The position numbers and the translations under genes are program-made. From contig CAKSER010000001.1 in assembly GCA_934447715.1 (NCBI GenBank), forward strand, positions 55,386 to 119,385: a stretch of DNA of 64,000 bases, given 5' to 3'. The first letter of the stretch is position 1, and each line of letters begins with the position of its first letter. This DNA is from an uncultured Eubacteriales bacterium. Its GTDB lineage: Bacteria; Bacillota; Clostridia; Oscillospirales; CAG-272. This document shows positions 1 through 11,941 of this stretch, piece after piece. Below the pieces are notes generated by a model that saw nothing but the letters and a program-made list of their open reading frames with translations, searched no databases and was not told the DNA's origin.

Positions 1-7
1 AATAGAA

Positions 8-46
8 TAAAAAAACAAAACCCCGGAAGTCGTAAAACTTCCGGGA
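8..46 (-). terminator. Rho-independent terminator downstream of the pmbA-like gene
   Basis: Stem CCCCGGAAGT (21-30) pairs with ACTTCCGGG (37-45). On the minus strand the hairpin is followed by TTTTGTTTTTTT. Confidence 0.6.
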
Positions 47-68
47 TTTTTAGGCTTATGCGGATAGA

Positions 69-1346
69 TTATATTCCTGCAACTGCAACATTTTCGATCT
101 TGATTGCCATAGGTCCGTTATAGGTGTCGTCCTCATAGCGTTCCTTGGAGAAGATCAGATTATTCTGCGAATCCGGCAGTGAGCCGTTGATCGATCCGCC
201 GGAAAGCTCTTCGACAGAGCCGTCTGCGTGGTGCAGCAGGGCAAGGCGGATCTCACCCTTGAAGTGACCGTCAAAAGTATCCATCTGGAAATCAGAGAAG
301 CTGATCGGCTCAAGCACGCCTTCTCCAATCATGTCGGCGTACGGTACGGTTCCGTTGTCCGAAACGATCTTTTCGTAATTGCCGGTCGGCTCGGTGTTAA
401 GGTAATAGCAGAATCTTGCATTACCGTGAACAAGAGCAAGAACGCCGTCCTTTATCAGCTCGCGGCGCTTCATACGGATTCCCTCGGACGAGTACGGAAC
501 TGAGGACTCGAGAGTGAGGTGGAGCTTTTCTCCTTCGGTGATCTCCTTCTGGATCCTTGTTCCGACCTTCCAATCGGAATATCCCGGATAAATCATTCCG
601 GCAGACGAATGTGAAAGGTAGTAATCTAGAATTGTGCGGATATGGTCACCCTTGAGAACGACGGTATATTTTCCGCTCTTCGGGGGCTGCGAGCTTCTTG
701 CGCGAGCACGGACATCGTTGATCGAGTCGATGACTTTCTGCTTCAGACCTTCCGTGTTGAGGGTATCATATTTAAAGCTGCGGTACTGCTCAACGTCCTT
801 CGGTGTAATGCACTGAACAACAAACTCTCCCTCGGCAAAGCAGCTGTCAAAGCATACATCAAGTCCTGTGGAGCCGACGATATGCGTTGTCGTCTTTGTG
901 ACGAAGATTTCAAGAGAGTTTACAAAAGCATCCTTTGCGGTGTCGACCGAGAAAACGCTGTCTGCAATGATTTTTGCGACCTCGTCGGTGCTCTTCTTTG
1001 CAAGATCGGAGCTTGAAAGCATATGCTCGCATACTTCGGGCTTCGGAAGCTCGAAGAACGGATTTGCAGCAAACTGTGCTGCAAAATATGCATCCTTTAT
1101 TGCAGAGGTGATTTCATCGTCGCTCATTGACGGGGAAAGGAGGACGTTTGTTGAAGCGCGTAATTTCTTTCCGTCCTTTTCAATATCACGGAAAATTTCG
1201 ATGCTTGTTTCGTCAAGAACCTTTTTTCTCGGCATGTCGAGCTTCTGCTTTATAAAATACAGCTCTGCTGTCTCGGTGTGCTTTTCATTGATGCGGTAAA
1301 CCGAAACGCCGCATTCTTCAAGTAAACTGCGAATATGATTAATCAT
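69..1346 (-). CDS. pmbA: TldD/PmbA-family protein, PmbA/TldE-like partner subunit (no HExxxH motif)
   Basis: About 425 aa and tightly packed behind tldD. I moved the start to the ATG at 1346, which follows AAAGGAGG; the track start at 1367 is a TTG lying inside the tldD stop region. Confidence 0.75.
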   Translation of the reverse strand: MINHIRSLLEECGVSVYRINEKHTETAELYFIKQKLDMPRKKVLDETSIEIFRDIEKDGKKLRASTNVLLSPSMSDDEITSAIKDAYFAAQFAANPFFELPKPEVCEHMLSSSDLAKKSTDEVAKIIADSVFSVDTAKDAFVNSLEIFVTKTTTHIVGSTGLDVCFDSCFAEGEFVVQCITPKDVEQYRSFKYDTLNTEGLKQKVIDSINDVRARARSSQPPKSGKYTVVLKGDHIRTILDYYLSHSSAGMIYPGYSDWKVGTRIQKEITEGEKLHLTLESSVPYSSEGIRMKRRELIKDGVLALVHGNARFCYYLNTEPTGNYEKIVSDNGTVPYADMIGEGVLEPISFSDFQMDTFDGHFKGEIRLALLHHADGSVEELSGGSINGSLPDSQNNLIFSKERYEDDTYNGPMAIKIENVAVAGI

Positions 1347-1359
1347 TATACTGCCTCCT

Positions 1360-2778
1360 TTAACCAAGACGAATGTTTGCTTTGATCCACGGGCCGCCGT
1401 CGGAAACCTTGACCCATTCCTTGTAGCCCTTGCCGCACATGCCGGAGCCGCCGAGCTCTACTGTGTTAGAAAGCATTGAAATCGACTTGAGCAGATCCGG
1501 GACATAGCCTGTAAGGACAACCGGCGAGAAGATTCTTCCGGTCAGCTTGCCGTCCTTGATTTCTCTTGCGTGGCTTACCATGCACTGGATTCCCCAGTTC
1601 TTCGGGTCCTCCATTCCGGATGAGGGCGATTCGAGCAGAAGTCCGTCCTTGACAGAAGCGATCATCTCCTCCGGAGTTGAATTTCCTGCCTCAAAGAAGG
1701 TGTTTGTCATACGCGTGTATGCCTTTCTTTCGACAGACTGTCTTCTTCCGTTTCCGGTCGGCGAAACGCCGAGTCTCGCTGCGCTGAGAGCGTCTGCATA
1801 TCCGCTTACGAGTGTTCCGTGGTCGATTACGAGTGTGTCCTTTGCAACATTGCCCTCGTCGTCGAAGAAGAAGGAGGCGACCTCTGTAGCAGAGGCAGCG
1901 CCGTCGCGCATGTTGACGATTTCGGATGCAACCTGCTTTCCGACCCAGTCCTTTGCAAGCGCTCTGTCCTTTACGAACATATCCATTTCAACGCCGTGGC
2001 CGAATGCCTCGTGAACGATCATTCCGGTGACCTCCGGTGTGCAGACGCATTCATATGTTCCGGGAACAAGCGGCTCGGAATCGAGCAGATCCATGCAGGT
2101 CTTTACGATTTTCGGAGTGTGCTCCTCCATTCTGTCAAGAAGCTCTGCGCCGCCGAGTGTAGAAAAGCCCTCGTAGGCGTTCTTGATTTCGTCGCCGCGC
2201 TTTGATATTACAGCGATGCTTCCGCAGGTCCAGAGGACATTCTGTGTAAGATCGCGTTTGTCGGATAAAAACAGCTTGTGATATTCCTGATAGGAAAGTC
2301 TGAAAAGCGCGTCGATAAGACGGCTGTCAAGAGCCATAGTGCGCTCGCGCATTCCGCTCAGCGTGTTTACGATTGCCTCGTCGCCGAGCTCTGCCGGATG
2401 ACGCTCATATTCGGTGCTCTTGTCGAATGAGAGCTCTTCCTCCTCAAGAATCGGTGTTTCGAATCTTTTGTATGCGCTTCCGTTGCCGTTTACCGAAACC
2501 TCTATCTGCCCCAGAATGTCCGGAATAAGCTCGTCGGATATTACGTTTCCTGCATACTCTGCATATGCGCCGTTGTGGTAAACACGTGCGCAGAAGCCGC
2601 GCTTTCCGAAGGTGTCGCCGGATTGAACCTGTGTTCCGGACGCGCTTACGGCATAGCCTTTTGCCTTGCTGTCCGCTGCCAGAACAGATGCATATTCATA
2701 TTTTGCCGAAAGAGCCTGCTGAAGCTTTTTGAAAAGCGGTTTGTTTTCCGAAAGATACTTACTTTCCTTTACTTTCAT
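1360..2778 (-). CDS. tldD: Metalloprotease TldD
   Basis: 472 aa with the motif HEAFGHGVEMD (HExxxH), typical TldD length, and the SD AAGGAG upstream. Confidence 0.85.
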   Translation of the reverse strand: MKVKESKYLSENKPLFKKLQQALSAKYEYASVLAADSKAKGYAVSASGTQVQSGDTFGKRGFCARVYHNGAYAEYAGNVISDELIPDILGQIEVSVNGNGSAYKRFETPILEEEELSFDKSTEYERHPAELGDEAIVNTLSGMRERTMALDSRLIDALFRLSYQEYHKLFLSDKRDLTQNVLWTCGSIAVISKRGDEIKNAYEGFSTLGGAELLDRMEEHTPKIVKTCMDLLDSEPLVPGTYECVCTPEVTGMIVHEAFGHGVEMDMFVKDRALAKDWVGKQVASEIVNMRDGAASATEVASFFFDDEGNVAKDTLVIDHGTLVSGYADALSAARLGVSPTGNGRRQSVERKAYTRMTNTFFEAGNSTPEEMIASVKDGLLLESPSSGMEDPKNWGIQCMVSHAREIKDGKLTGRIFSPVVLTGYVPDLLKSISMLSNTVELGGSGMCGKGYKEWVKVSDGGPWIKANIRLG

Positions 2779-3118
2779 ATAAATTGCTCCTTTTTTCTAT
2801 ATTGATCTGCTTCTGATTTGTTTTTCTGCCGGGCTTCTTCTGAAAACAGAAGTTTTAAAGAATATCTGTTTTTTAAGCAGCCCCGGGTCTGATAAATCAT
2901 AAATTATAAGTCAAAAATCAACCTATATTAACATATCAAAATAAGTATATCATCATTTTCCTGTTATTTCAAGCGGTTTTGAGCAGTTTAAGACCGTTTC
3001 GGGGGATTTTATTTAAAAGGTAATTATCGTGTTGAGATTACATATTATGTTAGTGGTGAATTTGTGTCCGAAAATCCCGGCAAAATCAAAAAACATAAAA
3101 GAACAAGGCGGCACGGCT

Positions 3119-3625
3119 ATGGAAATATCGATTGTAAGAAGGCTCCAGAAAAACGGGAATCTAAAGAGCAGGCTCGAATATCCGGCTTGCGGAATCGAAA
3201 AAACCGATGAATTTTACAGGCAGCTCGCAGAGGGATGCGTGTCGGAGGAATTTACGACAAATCTTTCGTGCAGGCTCTGCTGTTCTTCTGAAAACGCATA
3301 CAGCCTTTATTTTGATCTGAGGTACTATAAAGGAAGCGAGCTTGTGTTTTTTAAGAGATTCAGCGACAACCGAAAGCAAAACGGGCTTTGTATTATGCCT
3401 GAGGAGGTTTTTGTTCATCCGGCTATGATAAAAAAGCGCTTCGTGCTTAAAAGCACATCCGACTGGTATTTTCTTGACGGGAAAATAACCGTTTTTAAAA
3501 ACACCTTCAGGCCGGGAGACGGGCAGGGAATAAGGAAATCCGCCGAAAGCAGGTTCATTGTTGAACGGTTTCCGGATATGGCGGATATAAGACCCACATT
3601 TACAGATTGCCACTTTGTTAACTAA
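3119..3625 (+). CDS. Hypothetical protein (about 168 aa)
   Basis: Start taken at the internal ATG (MEISIVRR) after AAGGCGG. No family recognised. The antisense ORF 3161..3613 looks like a shadow. Confidence 0.5.
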   Translation: MEISIVRRLQKNGNLKSRLEYPACGIEKTDEFYRQLAEGCVSEEFTTNLSCRLCCSSENAYSLYFDLRYYKGSELVFFKRFSDNRKQNGLCIMPEEVFVHPAMIKKRFVLKSTSDWYFLDGKITVFKNTFRPGDGQGIRKSAESRFIVERFPDMADIRPTFTDCHFVN

Positions 3626-3668
3626 ATGTTAAACCAGTGTTAAACCGCGTCGAATTCAATTAAATATA

Positions 3669-3697
3669 TTGCAAAAAAGGGAATAAAGTGGTATAAT
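3669..3697 (+). promoter_or_regulatory. Sigma-A type promoter of the atp operon
   Basis: TTGCAA (3669-3674), a 17-nt spacer, then TATAAT (3692-3697), preceded by TGG. Confidence 0.5.
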
Positions 3698-3873
3698 GCG
3701 CACAGAGATTTTGCCGAAACGTCAAAATCTCATCGCTGCGCTCTGTCCGCGCTCCGCGCGGCTGTGTGCATTGACGGCTTCGCAAAAATGCCCTTGCAAG
3801 CAAGCATTTTTGCTTCATGGTAAACTTAAACAGTCGGGCTTCCGGGATTTTTGAAAGAATCAGCTGTGAAAAG

Positions 3874-4338
3874 ATGAAGAATTCAACAAAAAAGCTTTTC
3901 AGTATCGCATATACTGTAAACTACATATCGCAGGCGGCATTTAGTATGATCTGCCCGGCAGGGCTTTTTTCCCTTCTCGGATGGTATCTGACCGAAAAGA
4001 AGGGGTGCGGCAGCTGGGTTTTTGCCGCATTGATAGTATTCGGAGTGCTGTGCGGCTTTTTTTGCATGATCAAATACCTTATGACAATGTCATATCAGCT
4101 GGAGCTTATGCGCCGGGCGCAAAACGAAGGAGTCACCGGCAGCACCGGCAGCGTCGGCAGCACAAATAGCGCAAAAGCTGCAGGAAACGGTGAAAAAACC
4201 ATGAAAAGTGATTCCGGAAACGGAAATGACGACGTGAGAAACGACGTATACAGAGGTGCAAACAGAGATATAAGAACCGGCGAAAGCTGCCGTATTTCGG
4301 GCGAAAGCCGTGAAGATAATAAGGAGCATCCGAAATGA
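3874..4338 (+). CDS. AtpZ/AtpI-family small membrane protein with a long low-complexity C-terminal tail
   Basis: Two TM helices (FSMICPAGLFSLLGWYL, WVFAALIVFGVLCGFFCMI), sited directly upstream of atpI/atpB. The start is uncertain (3817 or 3874). Confidence 0.5.
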   Translation: MKNSTKKLFSIAYTVNYISQAAFSMICPAGLFSLLGWYLTEKKGCGSWVFAALIVFGVLCGFFCMIKYLMTMSYQLELMRRAQNEGVTGSTGSVGSTNSAKAAGNGEKTMKSDSGNGNDDVRNDVYRGANRDIRTGESCRISGESREDNKEHPK

Positions 4339-4901
4339 ACATTAATGAAGAAAATGCGGTAAAAAAGGAAACTTTAAAGATTGCCGCAGGGGAGGCAATT
4401 TGCGTCCTGCTTGTTATCGGCGTATATGCCCTTATAGGCCGCTTTTCCTTGAAGGTGCTTTGCGGCGCTGTCCTCGGCGGAATCGTTACTGTTCTGAATT
4501 TCTTCTTTATGGCGGTGACGGTCGACAGGGCAGCTGACAAATACGGAGATTCGGTGAGCCAGATGAAAAAATCTGTCAGCGCGTCGTATGTATTCAGGCT
4601 GATTATTGTTTTGGGAGTGCTTGCGCTTGCAATCGGATCGGGATATTTTGACGGGCTTGCGACGCTCATTCCGCTCGTTTTCGTAAGACCGATTCTGCTT
4701 GTTGAGGAATATATTTTAAAATCGAAAAAAAAGCCGGCAAAGCCGGTTAATATAAAAGATAGTACCGGCGAAAGCAAAGGCGAAAATCCGGGAATTCAAA
4801 ATGCCGTAAATGACGGAAATTTTAAAAAAGCCGGAAAAGAGGAAGAAAACGCCGGGGCTGCCGGCGAAAAAGCTCCGATTGACGGAGCCGGGAAGGAATA
4901 A
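4335..4901 (+). CDS. atpI: ATP synthase protein I (AtpI-like membrane protein)
   Basis: Four predicted TM segments; it overlaps the upstream gene (ATGA) and immediately precedes atpB. It carries a K/E/G-rich C-terminal tail. Confidence 0.6.
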   Translation: MNINEENAVKKETLKIAAGEAICVLLVIGVYALIGRFSLKVLCGAVLGGIVTVLNFFFMAVTVDRAADKYGDSVSQMKKSVSASYVFRLIIVLGVLALAIGSGYFDGLATLIPLVFVRPILLVEEYILKSKKKPAKPVNIKDSTGESKGENPGIQNAVNDGNFKKAGKEEENAGAAGEKAPIDGAGKE

Positions 4902-4903
4902 TA

Positions 4904-5689
4904 ATGAACGGACCGAAAATATTTTATGTAATACCGATTCTCGGCGGAATACCGATAACGCAGACGACCGTTTCCTCGTTTGTTATTACGCTTTCGCTGA
5001 TTATCGCAAGCATTCTGCTCGGGAAAGGGCTTAAAAAGCGTCCGACAGGAAAGCAGGTGCTTGTTGAAAAGCTTGTTTCGATGGTCTATAAGATGGTAGG
5101 CGAAACGATGGGCGAGCACAATCTCCGTTTCGCACCGTATATCGGCGCACTGTTTCTGTCATCGTTTCTCGGATCAATAATCAGCATGACCGGATTTTTC
5201 AGGTCAACGACGGCAGATCTTAGCACGACAGCTACATGGGCTGTCATGACAACCCTGCTTGTCTGGTATTCCAATATTAAAAACAACGGATTTTTCAAAT
5301 GGCTCAAGGGCTTTACCGAGCCGGTCGCGGTAATAACCCCGATCAATATCATAAGCGAAATTGCAAACCCGATCTCGATGGCGTTCCGTCACTTCGGAAA
5401 CATTGCCGGCGGATCGGTGCTGACCGCACTTGTTTATCAGGCGCTTGCGGCGCTTTCGTCCTTTGTTCTCGGATGGATTCCGAACAAGGTGATCGCGTCG
5501 ATTCCGATATTCCAGGTCGGAATCCCGGCGGTGCTGTCTATCTACTTTGACCTGTTTTCGGGATTTATACAGGCGCTTGTCTTCTGCATGCTGACGATGG
5601 TATATGTCGGCGCTGCAAATCCGCCGCCCGAAAATGCCGCTCCTTCAAAATCCGATAGGACAAGCTCAAAAAAAGCAGAGCAGGCGTGA
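4904..5689 (+). CDS. atpB: F0F1 ATP synthase subunit a
   Basis: Polytopic membrane protein containing PISMAFRHFGNIAGG (the conserved Arg region of subunit a), in the expected operon position. Confidence 0.9.
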   Translation: MNGPKIFYVIPILGGIPITQTTVSSFVITLSLIIASILLGKGLKKRPTGKQVLVEKLVSMVYKMVGETMGEHNLRFAPYIGALFLSSFLGSIISMTGFFRSTTADLSTTATWAVMTTLLVWYSNIKNNGFFKWLKGFTEPVAVITPINIISEIANPISMAFRHFGNIAGGSVLTALVYQALAALSSFVLGWIPNKVIASIPIFQVGIPAVLSIYFDLFSGFIQALVFCMLTMVYVGAANPPPENAAPSKSDRTSSKKAEQA

Positions 5690-5749
5690 TTTAATCGGTC
5701 AATAAGCAAAAATAGGAAAAAATAATAAAAAATAAGTAAAAAAAGATAA

Positions 5750-6034
<285 letters not shown>

Positions 6035-6085
6035 TAAAGCGGCTTAGGCGTTTTAATTACTACAACAAAAAAGGAAGCGCAATAA

Positions 6086-6589
6086 ATGGAAGGTTTTGAG
6101 AGCTTCGTCGGAATTGACTTCTGGACATGTCTTTTTACGCTCTGCAACCTTATCATTCTGGCTCTTGTAATGAAGAAATTCCTTTTCAAGCCTGTCAAGA
6201 AGATGATCGACGACAGACAAAAGGAAATTGACGGTCTTTATGAGGATGCCGGAAAGAAGAATGAGGAAGCCGAGAGAATACAGAAGGAGTATCAAGAAAA
6301 GCTTGACACGGCAAATGCCGAAAGCGAGGAGATACTGAAAAAGGCACAAAGGAAGGCACAGCTCCGCGAGGAAGAAATACTGCGTGATGCGCAGGAAAAG
6401 GCGAGAATTACGCTGAAGCGCGCAGAAGAGCAGGTAGAAATGGAAAAGAAGCGCGCGGTAAACGAAATCAAGGATGAGGTCTCCGGAATTGCAGTAGATA
6501 TTGCGTCCGCAATAATCGAAAAGGATGTTTCGGAGGACGAGCACAGAGAGCTTATCGACAAGTTTATCTGCGAGCTCGAAGATAAATGA
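6086..6589 (+). CDS. atpF: F0F1 ATP synthase subunit b
   Basis: One N-terminal TM helix followed by a long charged coiled coil, in the expected operon position. Confidence 0.85.
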   Translation: MEGFESFVGIDFWTCLFTLCNLIILALVMKKFLFKPVKKMIDDRQKEIDGLYEDAGKKNEEAERIQKEYQEKLDTANAESEEILKKAQRKAQLREEEILRDAQEKARITLKRAEEQVEMEKKRAVNEIKDEVSGIAVDIASAIIEKDVSEDEHRELIDKFICELEDK

Positions 6590-7125
6590 ATATGATAAAT
6601 CGCAATGAATATGCAAAGGCGCTTTTTTCGCTTTGCGAGGAGGAGGGAATTACCGATGCTGTTTTTGAGCAGCTCGGCTTTGCCTCGGAAATAATGAAGG
6701 AAAATCCGGAATATGTAAAGCTTCTTGACACGCCGACAGTAAAGGCGTGCGAAAAGGCTGCGCTTATAGATGAGGCGTTTAACGGATTTGAGCTCTATTT
6801 CCTTAACTTCCTCAAGCTGCTTTGCGAAAAGAGAGAAATGTGCGCTCTTTGCGACTGCAAAAAGGAATTTACAAGGCTGTATTTTAACAGCAGGGGAATT
6901 GTCGAATGCGAGGCTGTCACCGCGGTTTCGATGACCGAAAAGCAGCTTGCCTCTCTTAAGGACAAGCTTGAGGGGATTACGAAAAAAAAGGTGCTGCTTA
7001 AAAACAGAGTGGATCCCGGTATCCTCGGCGGAGTTAAGGTTCGCATGGAGGACATACAGCTTGACGGAAGCATAAAAAGCCGTCTTGACAAGCTGAAGGC
7101 AAGCCTTGAAAACGCAATTGTCTGA
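6586..7125 (+). CDS. atpH: F0F1 ATP synthase subunit delta
   Basis: 179 aa. The ATGA overlap with atpF and the C-terminal GGVKVRMEDIQLDGSIKSRL match the OSCP/delta family. Confidence 0.85.
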   Translation: MNMINRNEYAKALFSLCEEEGITDAVFEQLGFASEIMKENPEYVKLLDTPTVKACEKAALIDEAFNGFELYFLNFLKLLCEKREMCALCDCKKEFTRLYFNSRGIVECEAVTAVSMTEKQLASLKDKLEGITKKKVLLKNRVDPGILGGVKVRMEDIQLDGSIKSRLDKLKASLENAIV

Positions 7126-7323
7126 ATTTGCTTAAAATCGGCACGGCACGATCTGCGGCGCATTACATGCGGTGTTAACATGTACCGCACGGCAGTGGGC
7201 AGACGGCTCAAGTGCATTAAAAATCGGCGGCAATTGCTGCAGAACTTAGAGCATAAACAAATAATTATTATCCGTATCGCTCGGCTTTACGGCAGGCGGA
7301 ACGGAAAGAAAAAAGTTGGTGAA

Positions 7324-8844
7324 ATGATGCAGCTGAAAATCGATGATGTCAGCAAGATAATTAAGGATCAGATAAAGAATTATTCAAATAAAACGACCCA
7401 GGATGAGGTCGGCTATGTTATTCAGGTCGGAGACGGAATTGCAAAGGTTCACGGGCTTGATAAATGCAAGGCAAACGAGCTTGTAAGCTTTGAAAACGGC
7501 TCGTACGGAATGGTTCTGAATCTGGAAGAGAATACGGTCAGCGTTGTAATGCTCGGAACCGACGTCGGAATCAGCGAGGGCGGACTTGTCAAGCGCACAG
7601 GCGAGGTTGTTTCGGTGCCGGTCGGCGAAAAGCTTATCGGAAGAGTCGTTGACGCGCTCGGAAAGCCGATTGACGGCAAGGGACCGATCGAAACAACAGA
7701 GACAAGGCCTATCGAAAGAAAGGCACCGGGAATAATCGAGAGAAAATCGGTATCCGTTCCGCTTCAGACCGGAATCAAAGCGATCGACTCGATGGTGCCT
7801 ATCGGAAGAGGGCAGAGAGAGCTTATAATCGGGGACAGGCAGACCGGAAAAACCGTTATTGCAACCGATATTATAATCAATCAGAAGGGAAAGGATGTAA
7901 TCTGCATCTATGTGGCAATCGGTCAGAAGAGATCGACTGTCGCACAGCTTGTACAGACGCTGTACAAAAACGGGGCAATGGATTATACGATTATTGTCTC
8001 GGCAACGGCATCCGACCTTGCACCGCTCCAGTATATAGCGCCCTATTCGGGATGTGCTATGGGAGAGTATTTCATGGATCAGGGAAAGGATGTGCTGATC
8101 GTCTATGACGATCTTTCAAAGCATGCAGTCGCATACCGCGCACTGTCCCTGCTTATCCGCCGTCCGCCGGGAAGAGAGGCATATCCCGGAGACGTTTTCT
8201 ATCTGCATTCCAGACTGCTTGAAAGAGCGGCAAGACTGTCGCCGGAGCACGGAGGCGGCTCGATGACAGCCCTTCCGATAATCGAAACACAGGCAGGGGA
8301 TGTATCGGCTTATATTCCGACGAACGTAATATCTATTACCGACGGTCAGATATTCCTTGAAAGCGAGCTTTTCCACGCAGGTGTCCGTCCGGCGGTAAAC
8401 CCGGGTATTTCGGTATCGCGAGTCGGAGGAAGCGCACAGATCAAGGCAATGAAAAAGATATCCGGACCGCTCAAGCTTGCATATTCGCAGTACAGAGAGC
8501 TGCAGGCGTTTGCACAGTTCGGCTCGGATCTCGACGCAGATACGAAATCGAGGCTTGCACAGGGAGAAAGAATCGTTGAGGTTTTAAAGCAGGACAAAAA
8601 CCATCCTGTTCCGGTCGAGCTTCAGGTTGCGATAATCTATGCCGTAATCCACAATCTTTTAAAGGAGATTGCTCCGGAGGACATTCACAGGTTCGAGGAG
8701 GGGCTTTTCGAGTACCTTACCTCGGCACAGGATGAGCTGCTCTCGGAAATCAGAACGACAGGTGCGTTAAGTGAGGACGGAGAAAAGAAGCTTACCGAGG
8801 CTGTTAACTGCTTTAAGGACAGATTCCTTAATGTAAAGCAGTGA
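7324..8844 (+). CDS. atpA: F0F1 ATP synthase subunit alpha
   Basis: P-loop GDRQTGKT and alpha-type sequence throughout. Start moved to the ATG at 7324 (MMQLKIDD); the 48 codons upstream in the track ORF are not alpha-like. Confidence 0.95.
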   Translation: MMQLKIDDVSKIIKDQIKNYSNKTTQDEVGYVIQVGDGIAKVHGLDKCKANELVSFENGSYGMVLNLEENTVSVVMLGTDVGISEGGLVKRTGEVVSVPVGEKLIGRVVDALGKPIDGKGPIETTETRPIERKAPGIIERKSVSVPLQTGIKAIDSMVPIGRGQRELIIGDRQTGKTVIATDIIINQKGKDVICIYVAIGQKRSTVAQLVQTLYKNGAMDYTIIVSATASDLAPLQYIAPYSGCAMGEYFMDQGKDVLIVYDDLSKHAVAYRALSLLIRRPPGREAYPGDVFYLHSRLLERAARLSPEHGGGSMTALPIIETQAGDVSAYIPTNVISITDGQIFLESELFHAGVRPAVNPGISVSRVGGSAQIKAMKKISGPLKLAYSQYRELQAFAQFGSDLDADTKSRLAQGERIVEVLKQDKNHPVPVELQVAIIYAVIHNLLKEIAPEDIHRFEEGLFEYLTSAQDELLSEIRTTGALSEDGEKKLTEAVNCFKDRFLNVKQ

Positions 8845-8910
8845 GTAACGGCATTAAGCGATATTTAATAAAAGCAATGAAGAATAATCGGCACGAAAGG
8901 AGGGGGCGAG

Positions 8911-9831
8911 ATGGCAAACGCGCAAATCGGCGAGATTAAATCAAGAATTAAAAGCGTAAAAAGCACAATGCAGATTACCAAGGCGATGGAGCTGGTTGCA
9001 ACCTCCAAGCTGAGAAAGGCAAAGCAGAGGGTTGAAAGCTCAAGACAGTTCAACGGGATTCTTACAAGAACGATCTGCGGAATAAAAGACAGGCTCGGCG
9101 ATGCCGAATCCGTCTATTTAAAGGAATCCGGCGTGAAAAAGACCTGCTATGTCGTCTTCGGAGGAGACAGAGGGCTTGCCGGAGGATATAACGTCAATGT
9201 GTTCAAGCTGTTTAAAACCCTTTCGGAGGGTGAGGACTGCACTGTTTTGCCGATCGGAAAGAAGGCTCTTGAGTATTATGAAAAAAACGGGGCAGAGATA
9301 TTAAGCGACAGCTTCAGCTCGGTTGCCGCCATCGGGATCGGAGACTGTCAGACGATCGGACAGCTTCTCTGCAAGGGCTTTAAGAACCGGGAATATGACA
9401 GGGTTGTGCTTGTATATACCGATTTCGTATCGATGCTCTCGCAGGTTCCGAAGAGCATAACCGTGCTTCCTTTTTCAAGCAGCGCGGACGACGATGCGGA
9501 TGGTGCAGATGACAAAGGCAATGCAAATCAGGGTTCGAAAAGCAAGGCTGACGGTTCTGACGAAAAAAAGAATCTTGCAGGGTTTATGTTTGACGACGAC
9601 CCGGAAAAGCTGCTCATGAGCATTGTTCCGCAGTATGTCGGAGGGGTTGTGTATTCGGCGCTGTGCGAATCCGCGGTTTCGGAATACGGAGCAAGAAGAA
9701 CCGCAATGGACTCGGCAAACAAGAACGCCGGAGAGTTCATCGACGATCTTGTTTTAAAGTATAACAGGGCAAGACAGGCAATTATTACACAGGAAATTAC
9801 AGAGATTGTTTCGGGCTCGGAGGCGCTTTGA
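8911..9831 (+). CDS. atpG: F0F1 ATP synthase subunit gamma
   Basis: The N-terminal IKSRIKSVKSTMQITKAMELVA and C-terminal RQAIITQEITEIVSG are gamma hallmarks. SD is AAAGGAGGGGG. Confidence 0.9.
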   Translation: MANAQIGEIKSRIKSVKSTMQITKAMELVATSKLRKAKQRVESSRQFNGILTRTICGIKDRLGDAESVYLKESGVKKTCYVVFGGDRGLAGGYNVNVFKLFKTLSEGEDCTVLPIGKKALEYYEKNGAEILSDSFSSVAAIGIGDCQTIGQLLCKGFKNREYDRVVLVYTDFVSMLSQVPKSITVLPFSSSADDDADGADDKGNANQGSKSKADGSDEKKNLAGFMFDDDPEKLLMSIVPQYVGGVVYSALCESAVSEYGARRTAMDSANKNAGEFIDDLVLKYNRARQAIITQEITEIVSGSEAL

Positions 9832-9941
9832 ACCGGCTCGAAAAACATAGCCGATGCAATATCGGCGGCTTTAAAGACTTCTTTTGCGGTGGGGTGGATA
9901 AGTAAATGTCGCGCTCAAAGGATTCTTTTACAGCCTTTTAA

Positions 9942-11416
<1,475 letters not shown>

Positions 11417-11417
<1 letters not shown>

Positions 11418-11824
11418 TGGGAGCTTTTGATCTTTATATTGTTACTCCCGACGGAGAAGCTTTTTCCGACCGGGTGCAGATGATTACAGTCAGAACGACC
11501 GAGGGAGATCTCGGAATAATGAAGGGACATATCGATTACCTTGCCTCGGTTGATGTGGGCAGGGTAAGGATCAAGCTGGAGGACGGCTCTGAAAAAATCG
11601 CATCCTGCGGAGGAGGATTTATCACCTGCGAAGGAGGCGTTGTGAGATTTGTTGCAACCACCTTCGAGTTTGAAGAAGATATCGACCTTGAAAGAGCAAA
11701 GGCGGCAAAAGAAAGAGCGGAAAAAATGCTCGAGGAATCAAGAGACGACAGGAATGTTGCGATCGCAAAGCTGAAGCTTGCAAGAGCACTTAACCGGATT
11801 TCGGTAAAGGATCATAATTCCTGA
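11417..11824 (+). CDS. atpC: F0F1 ATP synthase subunit epsilon
   Basis: 135 aa, with a TAATG overlap with atpD and an epsilon-type beta-sandwich plus helical C-terminus. Confidence 0.9.
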
Positions 11825-11864
11825 AAGCCTCACCTGCGTTATTTCTTCATTTTTTGAAAAGCTA

Positions 11865-11894
11865 TTGACAACCGGATTTAAAAGATAGTATAAT
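11865..11894 (+). promoter_or_regulatory. Putative sigma-A promoter for the downstream membrane-protein gene
   Basis: TTGACA (11865-70), an 18-nt spacer, then TATAAT (11889-94). Confidence 0.45.
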
Positions 11895-11941
11895 ACTATT
11901 ATTCCCGGAGAGTCGGAAAATAATTTTTTGGAGATATTATA

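Noticed and set aside
7180-7323. 48-codon N-terminal extension of atpA in the track ORF.
   Set aside because: The extension ([18 protein letters not shown]...) is basic, non-alpha-like and lacks an SD. The conserved alpha N-terminus begins at the ATG at 7324. The region is treated as an intra-operon spacer.
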